Shown here piece by piece: positions 36,553 through 46,936 of a stretch of 64,000 nt of DNA (within the stretch, counting starts at the first letter, position 1; the number at the start of each line of letters is the position of its first letter). Both the position numbers and the translations under genes were made by a program. The notes under the pieces are model-generated. The model did not search any database and had not been told where the DNA came from. It was given only the letters and a program-made list of their open reading frames with translations. The stretch comes from a virus. The stretch lies in the IMG/VR virus record IMGVR_UViG_3300010354_000060, positions 18,540 to 82,539 of that record; one strand, 5' to 3'.

Positions 36553-36791
36553 TAGACTATACTATTCTCCTGTAGATATTTAATAGTATCTGTGCATCCA
36601 CCAATTTTTTCTTGGTCATTTAACATTACTTGAGGAAATGTGGACCCATCCCCGAAAGCGTTATAAAACTCATAACGGGTGTAGTCCTCATCAAGATAAT
36701 AAACTTGGTGTTGCAGATTTGCTAACTCTAACACCTGTTTGATTTTTTCGCAATAGGGGCAACCGTGTTTAGAATAAACTGTAAATCTCAT
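36552..36791 (-). CDS. nrdC: Glutaredoxin
   Basis: CPYC active site, TFPQV, IGGC. Confidence 0.92.
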   Translation of the reverse strand: MRFTVYSKHGCPYCEKIKQVLELANLQHQVYYLDEDYTRYEFYNAFGDGSTFPQVMLNDQEKIGGCTDTIKYLQENSIV

Positions 36792-36800
36792 TTCAAGTAG

Positions 36801-36839
36801 TGACGTACTGTGAGATATTTATTCTAACACAGTACGTCA
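36801..36839. repeat. 12 bp perfect inverted repeat enclosing a late promoter
   Basis: TGACGTACTGTG (36801-36812) / CACAGTACGTCA (36828-36839); AATAAATA on the minus strand at 36816-36823. Confidence 0.8.
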
Positions 36840-36843
36840 AGAA

Positions 36844-39800
36844 TCAAGCTTGTGCTTCCGCCCAACGAAGAACAAAGTTACCTGTAATATTTGAACCTGT
36901 TGTAAGGTAAGCATTAATTGCAAGAACATCAGGTCCATTCGGGAATGTGCCTCTACCACCAATTGGGGTATTATTCAATTCCTTCAATTCATTGAGTTCA
37001 ATGTTTGCCTTATCTACAGCAGTACCAACGAAGGAGAAAACAGTTTCTCCAGGTGCAGCAGACAGAGTGTTTGCAGTAAAGGTATAACTAATTGAACCAG
37101 CGGTTCCTGAGTTAACAGAGTTTGAGAACTGAATGTAGTTGTTATTTACATCATATTGGAAGATATTAATAACTCGTGTGCCTCCAGGGACTCCAGTACC
37201 AGAAACAAAGTAACCAATACGGGCATTTGCCGTCGCAGTTTTATCAAAAATTTGATACTGAGTGAAGTAGTTTTGAGTTACTGTAGTTGATGCGCTAAAG
37301 GATGCTGCACCACCAGCCCAAGTAATGTTAGATGCGTTAGCAATTTGTGCGAATGATGGTTGTCCACCTGCACCCTGAGAACTCAAACCAAACCAATTAA
37401 CCGATGATGGGTTTGTTGGATAGTTGGATGGATTCAATACACCTTCAATAACAACTGCCTGAGAAGAAGCACCACCTGTTGGAGTGAATTCCAGAGATTT
37501 AAGAAGTAACTGTGCTCGGTTAATCAATTCTCTTTGTCCAAGATCTCCAACAATAGCATTAGAAACACTTGGAGAAAGACGAATCATAAACAGTGTTGAT
37601 TTTGTGGTTGTAATCGTGTTACCAACCTGCTGATAGTTAAAAATGTATCCACGGTCAGTATCAAATAAACCATCGGTGAGGAATGCAGAACCCCAGTGAC
37701 TGATAACAGGAGTAGCAGTGTTACTTACAAAAACTGCTCCTGTTGTTCTTTGATGCCCTGCTGCACTACCAGCAGAATATGTTCTCTGTGATCCACCAGC
37801 AAAGTTGCTAAAAGTTGATGCTCTTGTTGCACCCGTCAAAGTGTTTCCACTCTTATTTGTATAGGTAATCAATTCATTGTCAAGATAAATTGTACCCGAT
37901 GTTGGATATAGACTTGCATCTACAAGTGGAATTGTATTCTGAGAAGAACTAATCTCTTCAGAAATTTTAGATTTTGGACCCTCATTAATAACTTCATATC
38001 GCACTGGCAGGTTACCAGATCTCATATATGCTTCAGTATTTTTATTATTATTCTTGAGTCTATGAACGAACAGATAATTTCCATCAGGACCACGAAGCAT
38101 CCAGTCAATAAATCCAGCACCATACCAAGTATACTGGAATCCAATCATTTGCATCTTATTAATTTGGATATCATATCCACTTGCACCAGTTCCATCTGCA
38201 CGGTCAAGGTTCCATTGACTTTGTGGAATAATAATATCCTGCACCAAAGATGCTCTTGCACCAGTGATAGACGATACTCCTCTATAATCAGGTGTTACTG
38301 TCATTGAAGTATTATTTGCAACCGCAGTTACAATATGAGTCATACCACGAATAACAATTCGGTCCCCAGCAGTTAACTGATCTAAGAATCTTGTATTGGT
38401 ACCAGTAATTGAGTTGGAATCTGGATCTGCATTAATTGTTCCTGCCAATTGGAAGGTTGCAGATCTTAATCCAACAGCAAGATTGATTCCATCATATTGC
38501 CAGAAGATGCCATTTTGATCGTCAAATGCACCTGCTCTTACAGTAGCACCTTTCCATTTGTATAAAGATACTTGAGGAGGTCTCCCCAATGTTGGTGTAG
38601 TAGATCCAAGAACGCCTCTTGATAATACTGTAAACGTATTTTCATCAGCAATACTATTAACAGTATATGTTCCAGTGTATCCCGAAGTTTCAAGACCACT
38701 CAATTGAACTTCTGCACCTACTTGCAATCCATGTTCAGTATCATCCGTGACACAAGTAATGACGCTACCAGTTGAAATTCCAGAAGAAGTTACATTTCTC
38801 AAATCATAACTTGGAGCAAAAAGACATCCAGTGGTATACATGATACCTTTACCAGATTGATAACGAATATATTTCTTTGATTGGCGAACTGCATGTGCTC
38901 CATGAGCTGGACCACCAGTTCCTAATTGAACTCCACCATCAAATGGTCTATGAACGTAGAAACAATCAGGTCTTGGATAGATTGTTCCAGCAAGTCCAGC
39001 TGATGTAATTGTTCCTGTTGACTTCGCACTGTAAACAATCTGATTTGAATTTGGTACGTTATCAACAATAAATGGACCTGATGCTAAACTATGACCTGAA
39101 CCAACACTGGTGATGGCAGAAAGAACTGTATCGCCAGGAACAAGTCCATGATTACTGGAGAACTGTACCAAAATTCTTGCCAAAGAACTAAATGATATTG
39201 TTGCAGCATCCGCAATCTGACCTGTTGTTGTTTCTGAAATACTGACTGTTGGATAGAATACTGCTGCAGTTCCTGCAACAGGTGTTCCTGATGAAGACAC
39301 AGAAGAAATTGCACCAGGAGTTCCTGACAAATCAATTCCAGTCACAGTCATTGTCAGGTTATTCGTTGGTATCACTCCACCAAGTACAGTTCCTGCAGCA
39401 AATAATTGATATCCAGGGTAATATCCAGATCCACCATTAACTGGTGTGGCAGTGTATACTCCACCCTCTTTAGAGATGGAGAATGTTGCTCCAGATCCAG
39501 AATTTGTTACACGACGATTTGCATAGAATATATTTCCGCTTACAGCAGTTCCTGTATGAGTAAACCCTGTAATTCCACCAACAACGTCAACAGAAGTTAC
39601 TGTAATAGTAATATCATTAGTGACAGAAGATCCGTTGAGTACAGATCCATCAATTGTAATTACGTCAGAAATACTATATGAACTTCCAGTTGATGCTTGC
39701 CCCGCTACAAAGTTTACAGTATATGTTGTTGTAGCACCACCAACTCTAACAATATCAAAAACTGCACCAAAACCAACACTTGTTGAAATACCACTTGTAT

Positions 39801-41865
39801 TATAATATGTTGAAGAACTTGATATAGCAGTTCCATAAGCATTATCTGGAAAATCTACATCCCCAGTATTTCCATTAAATGGCACCAAAGCTTTGGTGTA
39901 AATATCCGTTACATGTGCTGCAGGTACGGCATATGTAGAAGATGTATATCTGGATAATCCTACAGTGAATCTAAAGTCATCAATATAAGCATAGGTTCCA
40001 TTACTACTATCGTATGCAGAACCAATTCTAATTGCCCTTTGGGGATAATTATTTGAGTCTGCATAATTAGTGCTCTCCTGAGTACCATTAAGATAAAGTC
40101 TTGTTACATTAGATGTTCTTGATAGTGCAACATGGTTCCAAGAACCTGCAGTAATAGTATTTGAACTTTCCTTAACATCAACACCATTTAAATGAAGAAC
40201 AAGCGTATTGTTAGTACTAATCTTTAGACAAGGAGAAAATTCTGTCAGCACATTTCTCATGTCAAAAATGGTTTCGGCAGTACCATTTCTGTTTCTATAA
40301 ATCCAAAATTCAATTGTAAAGTCCTGTGTTCCAATTTCAAAATCTAAATTAGAAGCACAGGAGACATAATCAACTCCACCAGAAGTAGGATTCAGAAGAA
40401 GGGATGCATTTCCATACTTATACTGCGTTTGAGATAATGCAGCTTCATTTGCTGGAGCAAAATACTTTGATGTTGTAAAAGTTGTAATGCCACCACCAGC
40501 ATCAATTCCCCTAACGTAAATGATAAGATTATTTGTTGGAGATGTGCCACCCAATGAAGAACCAAGGGCAACGACTCTATCACCAACTACATATCCATAA
40601 CCTGTATTCACAACTGTTGGAGTATATCTTCCATTATATCTGTCAATATTAAAGATAGCGGCTGCACCGTTTCCAAAATTAACATTGGAGGCTGTTATAA
40701 TGCCAACATTTGTAGAGTTACCAATGGCAACAGCATTATAAGGCGATGATAATGTGAGAGTATTTCCATCAATGTTAGTAACAAATGTTGATTTTCCAGT
40801 GCCATCATCAATAGCATTACCAATACTAATGCCTGAATTACTGGCAACTTGGATTAGGTTAGTTGGTGGAACAACATTTTGTGCGAAAACTGTTGTGGCA
40901 GATGATGACGTAATACCAGTTACCTGAGTTCCAGTAAGGAGTCCTGCTGCAGTTAAAGGAGAACCTACAATTGAATTATTAACTCCAGTATATGCAATTC
41001 TTGTTGATCCAGTTTGAGTAATTAATTTAGATGTAAATGTTCCAGTATTACCATTAGACTGAATACTATATGTTGGAGATCCAATTGAAGCTCCAGTATA
41101 GAAACCACCCTTTCTTAATTGAGTGTATGTAGCGAATAAAGAATCGCCTGGGTTTACTCCCACTTTACCCTTAGCAAAATAGGTAAATGTGGTTGAAGAA
41201 ATAACAGTCTCTACAATAAAAGATCCTTCTGCTCTTGAAGATCCTCTTATACTTTCTGCAAGACCAACGATTCTAAATGGACTTCCAGGAGAAAGACCGT
41301 GAGTTTCTGTAGTGGTAACACTAATTAAAGATGCACCAACCCCACCAGCAGGGAAACTTGCGTCCGTAACAACTGCTGAAACTGTAACATCGGATCCAGC
41401 AATCTCATAGATACTTGGATATCCACGGATTAAATCAATAGTTTGCCATTTAGTTGGTTGAATTCCATACTCAAAGTCAGCGTCAATCATAGATTGCGGA
41501 GTTGCAACCCTCATTCTTTCAATAGCATCAGTACCAAAATCATAAGGTCTGAATTTAGTTTCTTCTACTTCAATAAAAATTGAGATAGAATCTGAAGCAC
41601 TTTGATCCGAAGTATCAAACTGAAAATGTATAGTTGTTACACCATTTGATGCTGATGTTGCATATGGGAACGAAGAATCAAAACTATCACTAAATTCAAC
41701 TACGATTTTATTCGTTGGATCAGCAAAATTGTAAAGAACTCTATTATCTGTAGTGTTGGTAATAAGAAGAATCTGATTCAGTTGGATTTTATCCAACACC
41801 TTAATACTACCAGCTCCAGCAATACCAGGAGTAAAAACATAATCTCTAATCTGTCTCTTAGCCAT
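36844..41865 (-). CDS. Large virion structural protein with internal LamG/ConA-like lectin domain (1673 aa)
   Basis: DFTIEFWIY..WNHVALSR..LYLNG..YIDDFRF LamG-like insert at about 39850-40470; GTGY..GD..T..G..LGG..P.N repeats; AGGAG RBS. Confidence 0.75.
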   Translation of the reverse strand: MAKRQIRDYVFTPGIAGAGSIKVLDKIQLNQILLITNTTDNRVLYNFADPTNKIVVEFSDSFDSSFPYATSASNGVTTIHFQFDTSDQSASDSISIFIEVEETKFRPYDFGTDAIERMRVATPQSMIDADFEYGIQPTKWQTIDLIRGYPSIYEIAGSDVTVSAVVTDASFPAGGVGASLISVTTTETHGLSPGSPFRIVGLAESIRGSSRAEGSFIVETVISSTTFTYFAKGKVGVNPGDSLFATYTQLRKGGFYTGASIGSPTYSIQSNGNTGTFTSKLITQTGSTRIAYTGVNNSIVGSPLTAAGLLTGTQVTGITSSSATTVFAQNVVPPTNLIQVASNSGISIGNAIDDGTGKSTFVTNIDGNTLTLSSPYNAVAIGNSTNVGIITASNVNFGNGAAAIFNIDRYNGRYTPTVVNTGYGYVVGDRVVALGSSLGGTSPTNNLIIYVRGIDAGGGITTFTTSKYFAPANEAALSQTQYKYGNASLLLNPTSGGVDYVSCASNLDFEIGTQDFTIEFWIYRNRNGTAETIFDMRNVLTEFSPCLKISTNNTLVLHLNGVDVKESSNTITAGSWNHVALSRTSNVTRLYLNGTQESTNYADSNNYPQRAIRIGSAYDSSNGTYAYIDDFRFTVGLSRYTSSTYAVPAAHVTDIYTKALVPFNGNTGDVDFPDNAYGTAISSSSTYYNTSGISTSVGFGAVFDIVRVGGATTTYTVNFVAGQASTGSSYSISDVITIDGSVLNGSSVTNDITITVTSVDVVGGITGFTHTGTAVSGNIFYANRRVTNSGSGATFSISKEGGVYTATPVNGGSGYYPGYQLFAAGTVLGGVIPTNNLTMTVTGIDLSGTPGAISSVSSSGTPVAGTAAVFYPTVSISETTTGQIADAATISFSSLARILVQFSSNHGLVPGDTVLSAITSVGSGHSLASGPFIVDNVPNSNQIVYSAKSTGTITSAGLAGTIYPRPDCFYVHRPFDGGVQLGTGGPAHGAHAVRQSKKYIRYQSGKGIMYTTGCLFAPSYDLRNVTSSGISTGSVITCVTDDTEHGLQVGAEVQLSGLETSGYTGTYTVNSIADENTFTVLSRGVLGSTTPTLGRPPQVSLYKWKGATVRAGAFDDQNGIFWQYDGINLAVGLRSATFQLAGTINADPDSNSITGTNTRFLDQLTAGDRIVIRGMTHIVTAVANNTSMTVTPDYRGVSSITGARASLVQDIIIPQSQWNLDRADGTGASGYDIQINKMQMIGFQYTWYGAGFIDWMLRGPDGNYLFVHRLKNNNKNTEAYMRSGNLPVRYEVINEGPKSKISEEISSSQNTIPLVDASLYPTSGTIYLDNELITYTNKSGNTLTGATRASTFSNFAGGSQRTYSAGSAAGHQRTTGAVFVSNTATPVISHWGSAFLTDGLFDTDRGYIFNYQQVGNTITTTKSTLFMIRLSPSVSNAIVGDLGQRELINRAQLLLKSLEFTPTGGASSQAVVIEGVLNPSNYPTNPSSVNWFGLSSQGAGGQPSFAQIANASNITWAGGAASFSASTTVTQNYFTQYQIFDKTATANARIGYFVSGTGVPGGTRVINIFQYDVNNNYIQFSNSVNSGTAGSISYTFTANTLSAAPGETVFSFVGTAVDKANIELNELKELNNTPIGGRGTFPNGPDVLAINAYLTTGSNITGNFVLRWAEAQA

Positions 41866-41890
41866 TGATAATTATCTCCTAATAGTGCGA

Positions 41891-42973
41891 TTAAGAAAGT
41901 GCGATTGAAAATACAGCAGCTCTAGCATCAACATAATTTTTGTTGGCAGCATCGGTGCCTGTTATTGCTGTTCCTACATTTGTAACCCTATTATTTAGAG
42001 CGTTGATTGTTCCCCCAACACTCAAATTCCCCGATAAAGTTGCTGAGGTAATATTGATATTATTATCTAAGTTTACCGTTGCAACTCTATTATTATTAAC
42101 GACATTCAGGTTACTATTGAAGTTAATCGTAGTTGCAGCTCCGACTGCAACCCCCTTAGATTCAACTGCAACATTTAAACCAGTTACTGATGTAGAAATA
42201 GTGCCAACCAAATTCGCAGCATTCACAGATCCACTAAATGCTGTTGCTGTTAAAACCCCAGTAACAACACCACCATTCTGAACGATTAACTTATTTGCAG
42301 TTAAATCATCAAAAGTTGCATCAAGAATTGGCGTAGATACTGTAGTTTTGACTCCATAAACAACAAAGTTAACATAAGAATAGTCACTTGAAGAACAAAC
42401 TAATGTCTGACCTGGAGATAACTTCAGATCTTTTCTAACATATGTTTGACCTGGTTCAATTGCTGCATCATATTCAAGGAATTGTGATGTAGTAAACCCA
42501 GCAAGAACACCTGTAGTAATTCCAAGTCTTGCTACAGCAGGGACAGAATTAAGATTACAAACAACAACAGTAGCAGTAGCGTTATATCCTTCTGGAGATG
42601 TGTATAAAGTTAACTCAGTTTTTCCTGCAGTCTGAACAGAGGATAAGAATCCAGAGTTTGTAGAGTCGGATGCTGTCTCACCATACAAAACAAAGTTTGT
42701 ATTAGGATCACTTGATCTAACAAGAATACTTTGACCATTTCCAAAATAAATAGTGTCAGTCTCAAAGGTTTCCCCATAATTGATAATCCTGTTATAATGT
42801 AAGTATTCCTGATCAACACCGTTTGTGGAGATCGCAACACGGACCTTAACAGGATTATAATTTTTATGAGATATGGAAATCTTTCCTTCAACTAAATTCC
42901 CAGCAGACGAAGTATACAATGCTGTATCTTTGTTTATAACTGGTATATTTGAAGCGAGTAGGCCAAATGCCAT
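41891..42973 (-). CDS. Tail fibre/adaptor protein with two N-terminal beta-sandwich repeats
   Basis: Two T.LYT...N...VR...EY..Y...NFV.YG units followed by a fibre-like region ending DAANKNYVD. Confidence 0.6.
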   Translation of the reverse strand: MAFGLLASNIPVINKDTALYTSSAGNLVEGKISISHKNYNPVKVRVAISTNGVDQEYLHYNRIINYGETFETDTIYFGNGQSILVRSSDPNTNFVLYGETASDSTNSGFLSSVQTAGKTELTLYTSPEGYNATATVVVCNLNSVPAVARLGITTGVLAGFTTSQFLEYDAAIEPGQTYVRKDLKLSPGQTLVCSSSDYSYVNFVVYGVKTTVSTPILDATFDDLTANKLIVQNGGVVTGVLTATAFSGSVNAANLVGTISTSVTGLNVAVESKGVAVGAATTINFNSNLNVVNNNRVATVNLDNNINITSATLSGNLSVGGTINALNNRVTNVGTAITGTDAANKNYVDARAAVFSIALS

Positions 42974-43012
42974 GAACCTATAATTATAAATTTTAACTAT
43001 TTATCATTCCCT

Positions 43013-43807
43013 ATGATTGTATTAACAGGTCACGCTGGATTTATTGGACAGAATTTTCTAAAAAAATTAGAAGATAAAGATGTAATTTTGATTGAAAAAG
43101 ATGATGCCTTTAGATTTATTAGAGAGTTTGATGCATGGGATAAGGTAGAACTGATTTTACATCAAGGTGCTATCTCATCAACAACAGAAAAAAATATTCG
43201 CACAATCTATCATAACAATGTTGCATTTACTCTATTCCTTTTAGAACATGCAATGGGATATGAGATTCCAATGAAGTATGCATCGTCTGCTTCAGTTTAT
43301 GGAAATACTCAGGGAGAAATCAATCCACTAAACCAATACGCAATCTCAAAACTTCAGATTGATTACTGCGTGTTAGATAACCTTGATAAGTTTCCTTTGA
43401 TTCAAGGATTCAGATACTTTAATGTCTATGGTAACGGGGAAGATCATAAGGGTGATCAAGCTAGTCCAGTAAGTAAGTTTACAAAACAGATCAAAGAAAC
43501 TGGAGAACTCAATCTCTTTGAGGGATCTGATAAGTTTCTTCGCGACTTTGTTTGTGTTGATGATGTAGTAGATATCGTTCTAAACAACAATGCCCCAAGT
43601 GGAATCTACGATATTGGTACAGGCGAACCTATCTCATTCCAAAAGGTAGCAGAACTGGTTACAAAAAAAGAGAATGGTAAAATTAATACCATTCCCTTTC
43701 CAGATCATTTAGTTGGTAAATATCAGACTTATACTTGTGCAGACATGAGTTGGTTAGGAGAGTATAATTTCAAAACTGTCGAAGACTATCTCCTGGAACA
43801 ACCCTAA
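43013..43807 (+). CDS. hldD: ADP-L-glycero-D-manno-heptose 6-epimerase (HldD/RfaD-like)
   Basis: TGHAGFIG, HQGAISSTTE, YASSASVYG, YAISK, FRYFNVYG..E.HKG.QAS, RDFVCVDDV, GKYQ.YT.AD. Confidence 0.88.
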   Translation: MIVLTGHAGFIGQNFLKKLEDKDVILIEKDDAFRFIREFDAWDKVELILHQGAISSTTEKNIRTIYHNNVAFTLFLLEHAMGYEIPMKYASSASVYGNTQGEINPLNQYAISKLQIDYCVLDNLDKFPLIQGFRYFNVYGNGEDHKGDQASPVSKFTKQIKETGELNLFEGSDKFLRDFVCVDDVVDIVLNNNAPSGIYDIGTGEPISFQKVAELVTKKENGKINTIPFPDHLVGKYQTYTCADMSWLGEYNFKTVEDYLLEQP

Positions 43808-44144
43808 TACTATCAGTTTCAAAGTGCTGAGTTGAGAATTCAAACAACTCAGTATCTTCCAAAGCAATCATCTGATGTCTCAATCCTCTCCTAACGTGAA
43901 ATTTGTCACCTTGGGAGAGGATTATTTCGTTGGCATCATCTAAATCATCAATGTCATTATACTTAAGGATAATCTTTCCACTTTGAACATAGAAAGTTTC
44001 ATCTTTAAGGACATGATAATGGAAGGAACACTTACCACCCTTTACAAAATAAAGTAGTTTGCCACAATACTCTGAGTTGTTGACGATCCATTTCTCAAAT
44101 CCCCAACCCTTAGATACAATTTTAATTGAAGAATCCTTTGACAT
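43770..44144 (-). CDS. Cupin-fold sugar isomerase-like protein
   Basis: KGWG.E.WI.N..YCGK..CSFHYH..KDETFY..H..EFST.H. Confidence 0.7.
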   Translation of the reverse strand: MSKDSSIKIVSKGWGFEKWIVNNSEYCGKLLYFVKGGKCSFHYHVLKDETFYVQSGKIILKYNDIDDLDDANEIILSQGDKFHVRRGLRHQMIALEDTELFEFSTQHFETDSIRVVPGDSLRQF

Positions 44145-44880
44145 CTTCCTCCGTTAACACATAAGTTCCTTGATTTTGAACTGCGATAGCTGCTGCTTTA
44201 TTCGCCAACAGTATTGCTCTTTCAATACTTTCATAACAAAGATATCCATATACTAAAGCAGCAAGGAAGGTATCGCCAGCACCTGCCACATCATATACCT
44301 TTACTTTTTCTGCAGGATATAAAGTATTATTATATAGACACCCCTCTCCACCTTTGGTAACAATCAAATTATCTATGCGGCAATCTTCATTCAATTTAGA
44401 ATATTCTAAGTCATTGATTTTAATATAACAATTTTCTTTGTTTGGTAAGAGTGTTTTCTTACTATCAATAAAGATGGGAACCTCACAATTACTAACAATT
44501 TCAAATAGTTTTTGAGATGTAATATACCCTTTATTGTAATCTGAAATTACAACAGCATCAAAACTATCCGTTGATACTGGTAGAAGAAGAGGTTTTACAA
44601 TGTCCTCAACATCTACACGAAGAAGTTGTTGATTAGATTTCTCATCAATCATCCTCGTTTTGATAATCTTTTCGGGGTTAGTAAGGAATGTAATGTGCAT
44701 ATCAAATGACTGAAGATTGAGACACACATTACCCGCCATACCAGATTTCACTTCAGTTCTTGAGAACTTCATCACAGGAACAGGAGCCTCTGGACTTAGA
44801 CGCTCACACTTCCCATAGATGTACTCATCCTCACAACTATCCCCGATCAATAATACTTTGTATTGTTTTTGTTGAGGCAT
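44122..44880 (-). CDS. Heptose-7-phosphate kinase (stand-alone HldE/RfaE kinase domain, PfkB family)
   Basis: RLSPEAPVPV, GMAGNV..NL, QQLLRVD, SDYNKG, DVAGAGDTF. Confidence 0.88.
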   Translation of the reverse strand: MPQQKQYKVLLIGDSCEDEYIYGKCERLSPEAPVPVMKFSRTEVKSGMAGNVCLNLQSFDMHITFLTNPEKIIKTRMIDEKSNQQLLRVDVEDIVKPLLLPVSTDSFDAVVISDYNKGYITSQKLFEIVSNCEVPIFIDSKKTLLPNKENCYIKINDLEYSKLNEDCRIDNLIVTKGGEGCLYNNTLYPAEKVKVYDVAGAGDTFLAALVYGYLCYESIERAILLANKAAAIAVQNQGTYVLTEEDVKGFFN

Positions 44881-45238
44881 ATTCTTCTATACGATCAAAA
44901 AATACTAATTCAGTTGCGTAATGAGATCCGATTACTGTTTTACCTTTCCAGTCAGACCCAACAATCATTATATCAGGTTTTACAATTTTGACAAGACTTT
45001 CTAATTGTTCATCACTTGCAAAAGAAAGAACTACATCTACAGGTTTGAGATTCTGTAGATGAAATATTCTCTCTTGTAGATTATAAACAGGTCTTGATGG
45101 TCCTTTCTTTTCTTTGACTCTTTCATCAGTATCAATTGCCACATACAAAAAGTCTCCTAAACTTTTTGCATAGCTTAGGAGATGTATATGACCCGAATGA
45201 AGTAAATCAAAAGTGCCATTTACAAAAACTTTTTTCAT
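44837..45238 (-). CDS. Heptose-1-phosphate nucleotidyltransferase (stand-alone HldE/RfaE domain II)
   Basis: NGTFDLLHSGH (HxGH), D.DERV..KG..RP, KPDI..VGSDW. Confidence 0.85.
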   Translation of the reverse strand: MKKVFVNGTFDLLHSGHIHLLSYAKSLGDFLYVAIDTDERVKEKKGPSRPVYNLQERIFHLQNLKPVDVVLSFASDEQLESLVKIVKPDIMIVGSDWKGKTVIGSHYATELVFFDRIEEYASTKTIQSIIDRG

Positions 45239-46920
45239 TCGTTAGGAATATAAGCAAGTTTCTGAATTTCAGGAAGATACATATACTCAATGTCACACCT
45301 CTTCAAGGTATTAACACCATCCTCAACAGTCTCAACCAGTGGATCGCCACCAAGATTAAAACTTGTATTGAAGAGAATAGGAACTTCACTCAATTTTTCA
45401 AAGGCATCAATCAGATTATAGTAGTGTTCATTCTGTTCTGTAGTTACAGTTTGAATACGGCAAGTTCCATCAACGTGAATGACAGAAGGAATTTTTTCTT
45501 CAACTCCAGGATGACACTTAACAGCATACATCATGTGAGGAGTTTCATCACGCCCAGCAAGATCAAACCAATCATGAACCTTATCTTGCTTAATAGAACA
45601 AGCAAAAGGACGGAACCATTCACGATGCTTCACAGCATTCACAATATCCTTACCATCTTTAATGGTGGGATCAAACAGAATAGAACGGTTACCAAGAGCA
45701 CGAGGACCACCTTCAGAACGACCCTGATACACAGTAACAATATTACCATCACGAATCAGTTTAGCAACTTCATCATAAGAAGTATCAGTTACTTCAAGAC
45801 CTTCCAGAGCATCTTCATAGGTAGAAGAATCATACTGAGGACCATAATAAACTGATGCCTGCTTCTTCACTTCCTTCTTAGCAGAAACATCATGCCAAAT
45901 ATAGTTAGCACCACCGATTGAAGTGCCGCCATCATGAGAGATTGGTTCGCAATAGATATTCAGATCAGGGAATGCTTGAAGATACTTGTAGTTAGCGACA
46001 CAGTTCAGACCATATCCACCACAAACAACAATGTTTGTCTCACCAGTTTCTTCATGAGCCTTACGGATCAGTTCAATCATACGATTCTCAGTTGCCTCCT
46101 GAATCGCATATGCCATATCCTTTTGAATATCAGTGTATTGATTTTCCTGATGATTCTTAACATCCTCAAGGAGAAGAGGATAACGACCTACGTTAATCTT
46201 TGCAGCATTAGGATACGTAGGAATAATCAATTCACGATTACTCCAACCATTACTGAAGAACTTAGGAAGATCTTCATTTGGTTTACCATAAGGAGCAAGA
46301 CCCATCAGTTTGCCTGCTTCAATAGCAGGGAAACCACAATACTCAGTTACTGCTTCATACATCTTGGTATGACCAGGATATTCTGTAACAAATACTCCAG
46401 TATCAACTTGATTGCAACCAATTGCTGCTTTTGTGCCAAGGTGTTTATAAACTACTTCAAAGTTCTTAGGATAAGAAGCTCTAAAGATAGTTTCAAATTC
46501 AAACAGAATATCATCAATGCCTTCATATTGAAGGAAACTTCCAGCACCATCAGCAATCACACATGCAGCGGTTTCAAACCCAGAGTTATAAAAACCACAA
46601 GCAGCGTGCATTTCATGGTGAATTAGATCAATGAAATGAACTTTAAAATCAAACTTTTTCTTGGCAAGTTTCCTCACCCAACCATGATATAGATCTTCGC
46701 CAGTCCAATCCAGTTTAGGACCATGGCGGTGAGTATGACAAACTACAAGATGATCAATGTGGTCCACATACTCAAATACTTTTGCCAGACCAAGAAGAGG
46801 TGATCCATCATACTTCATCTTGGAAAGACGTTCTTCCTCAAGATAAAAGATGATCTCACCATCCTTCATTAAAGTCGTACTCCCGTTGTGTCCACGGGCA
46901 ATTGATGCAATAATTGTCAT
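45235..46920 (-). CDS. Carbamoyltransferase (CmcH/NodU/TobZ family)
   Basis: EEERLSK.K, HHEMHA, DGAG, GKLMGLAPYG, GG.GLNC, GPRALGNRSIL, KHREWFRPFA, HVDGTCRIQTV, NTSFN. Confidence 0.93.
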   Translation of the reverse strand: MTIIASIARGHNGSTTLMKDGEIIFYLEEERLSKMKYDGSPLLGLAKVFEYVDHIDHLVVCHTHRHGPKLDWTGEDLYHGWVRKLAKKKFDFKVHFIDLIHHEMHAACGFYNSGFETAACVIADGAGSFLQYEGIDDILFEFETIFRASYPKNFEVVYKHLGTKAAIGCNQVDTGVFVTEYPGHTKMYEAVTEYCGFPAIEAGKLMGLAPYGKPNEDLPKFFSNGWSNRELIIPTYPNAAKINVGRYPLLLEDVKNHQENQYTDIQKDMAYAIQEATENRMIELIRKAHEETGETNIVVCGGYGLNCVANYKYLQAFPDLNIYCEPISHDGGTSIGGANYIWHDVSAKKEVKKQASVYYGPQYDSSTYEDALEGLEVTDTSYDEVAKLIRDGNIVTVYQGRSEGGPRALGNRSILFDPTIKDGKDIVNAVKHREWFRPFACSIKQDKVHDWFDLAGRDETPHMMYAVKCHPGVEEKIPSVIHVDGTCRIQTVTTEQNEHYYNLIDAFEKLSEVPILFNTSFNLGGDPLVETVEDGVNTLKRCDIEYMYLPEIQKLAYIPNE

Positions 46921-46936
46921 ATAAAATTACCTTTAA

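Noticed and set aside
45136-46626. Two 230-239 aa plus-strand ORFs opposite the carbamoyltransferase
   Set aside because: Antisense shadows of a well-supported gene.
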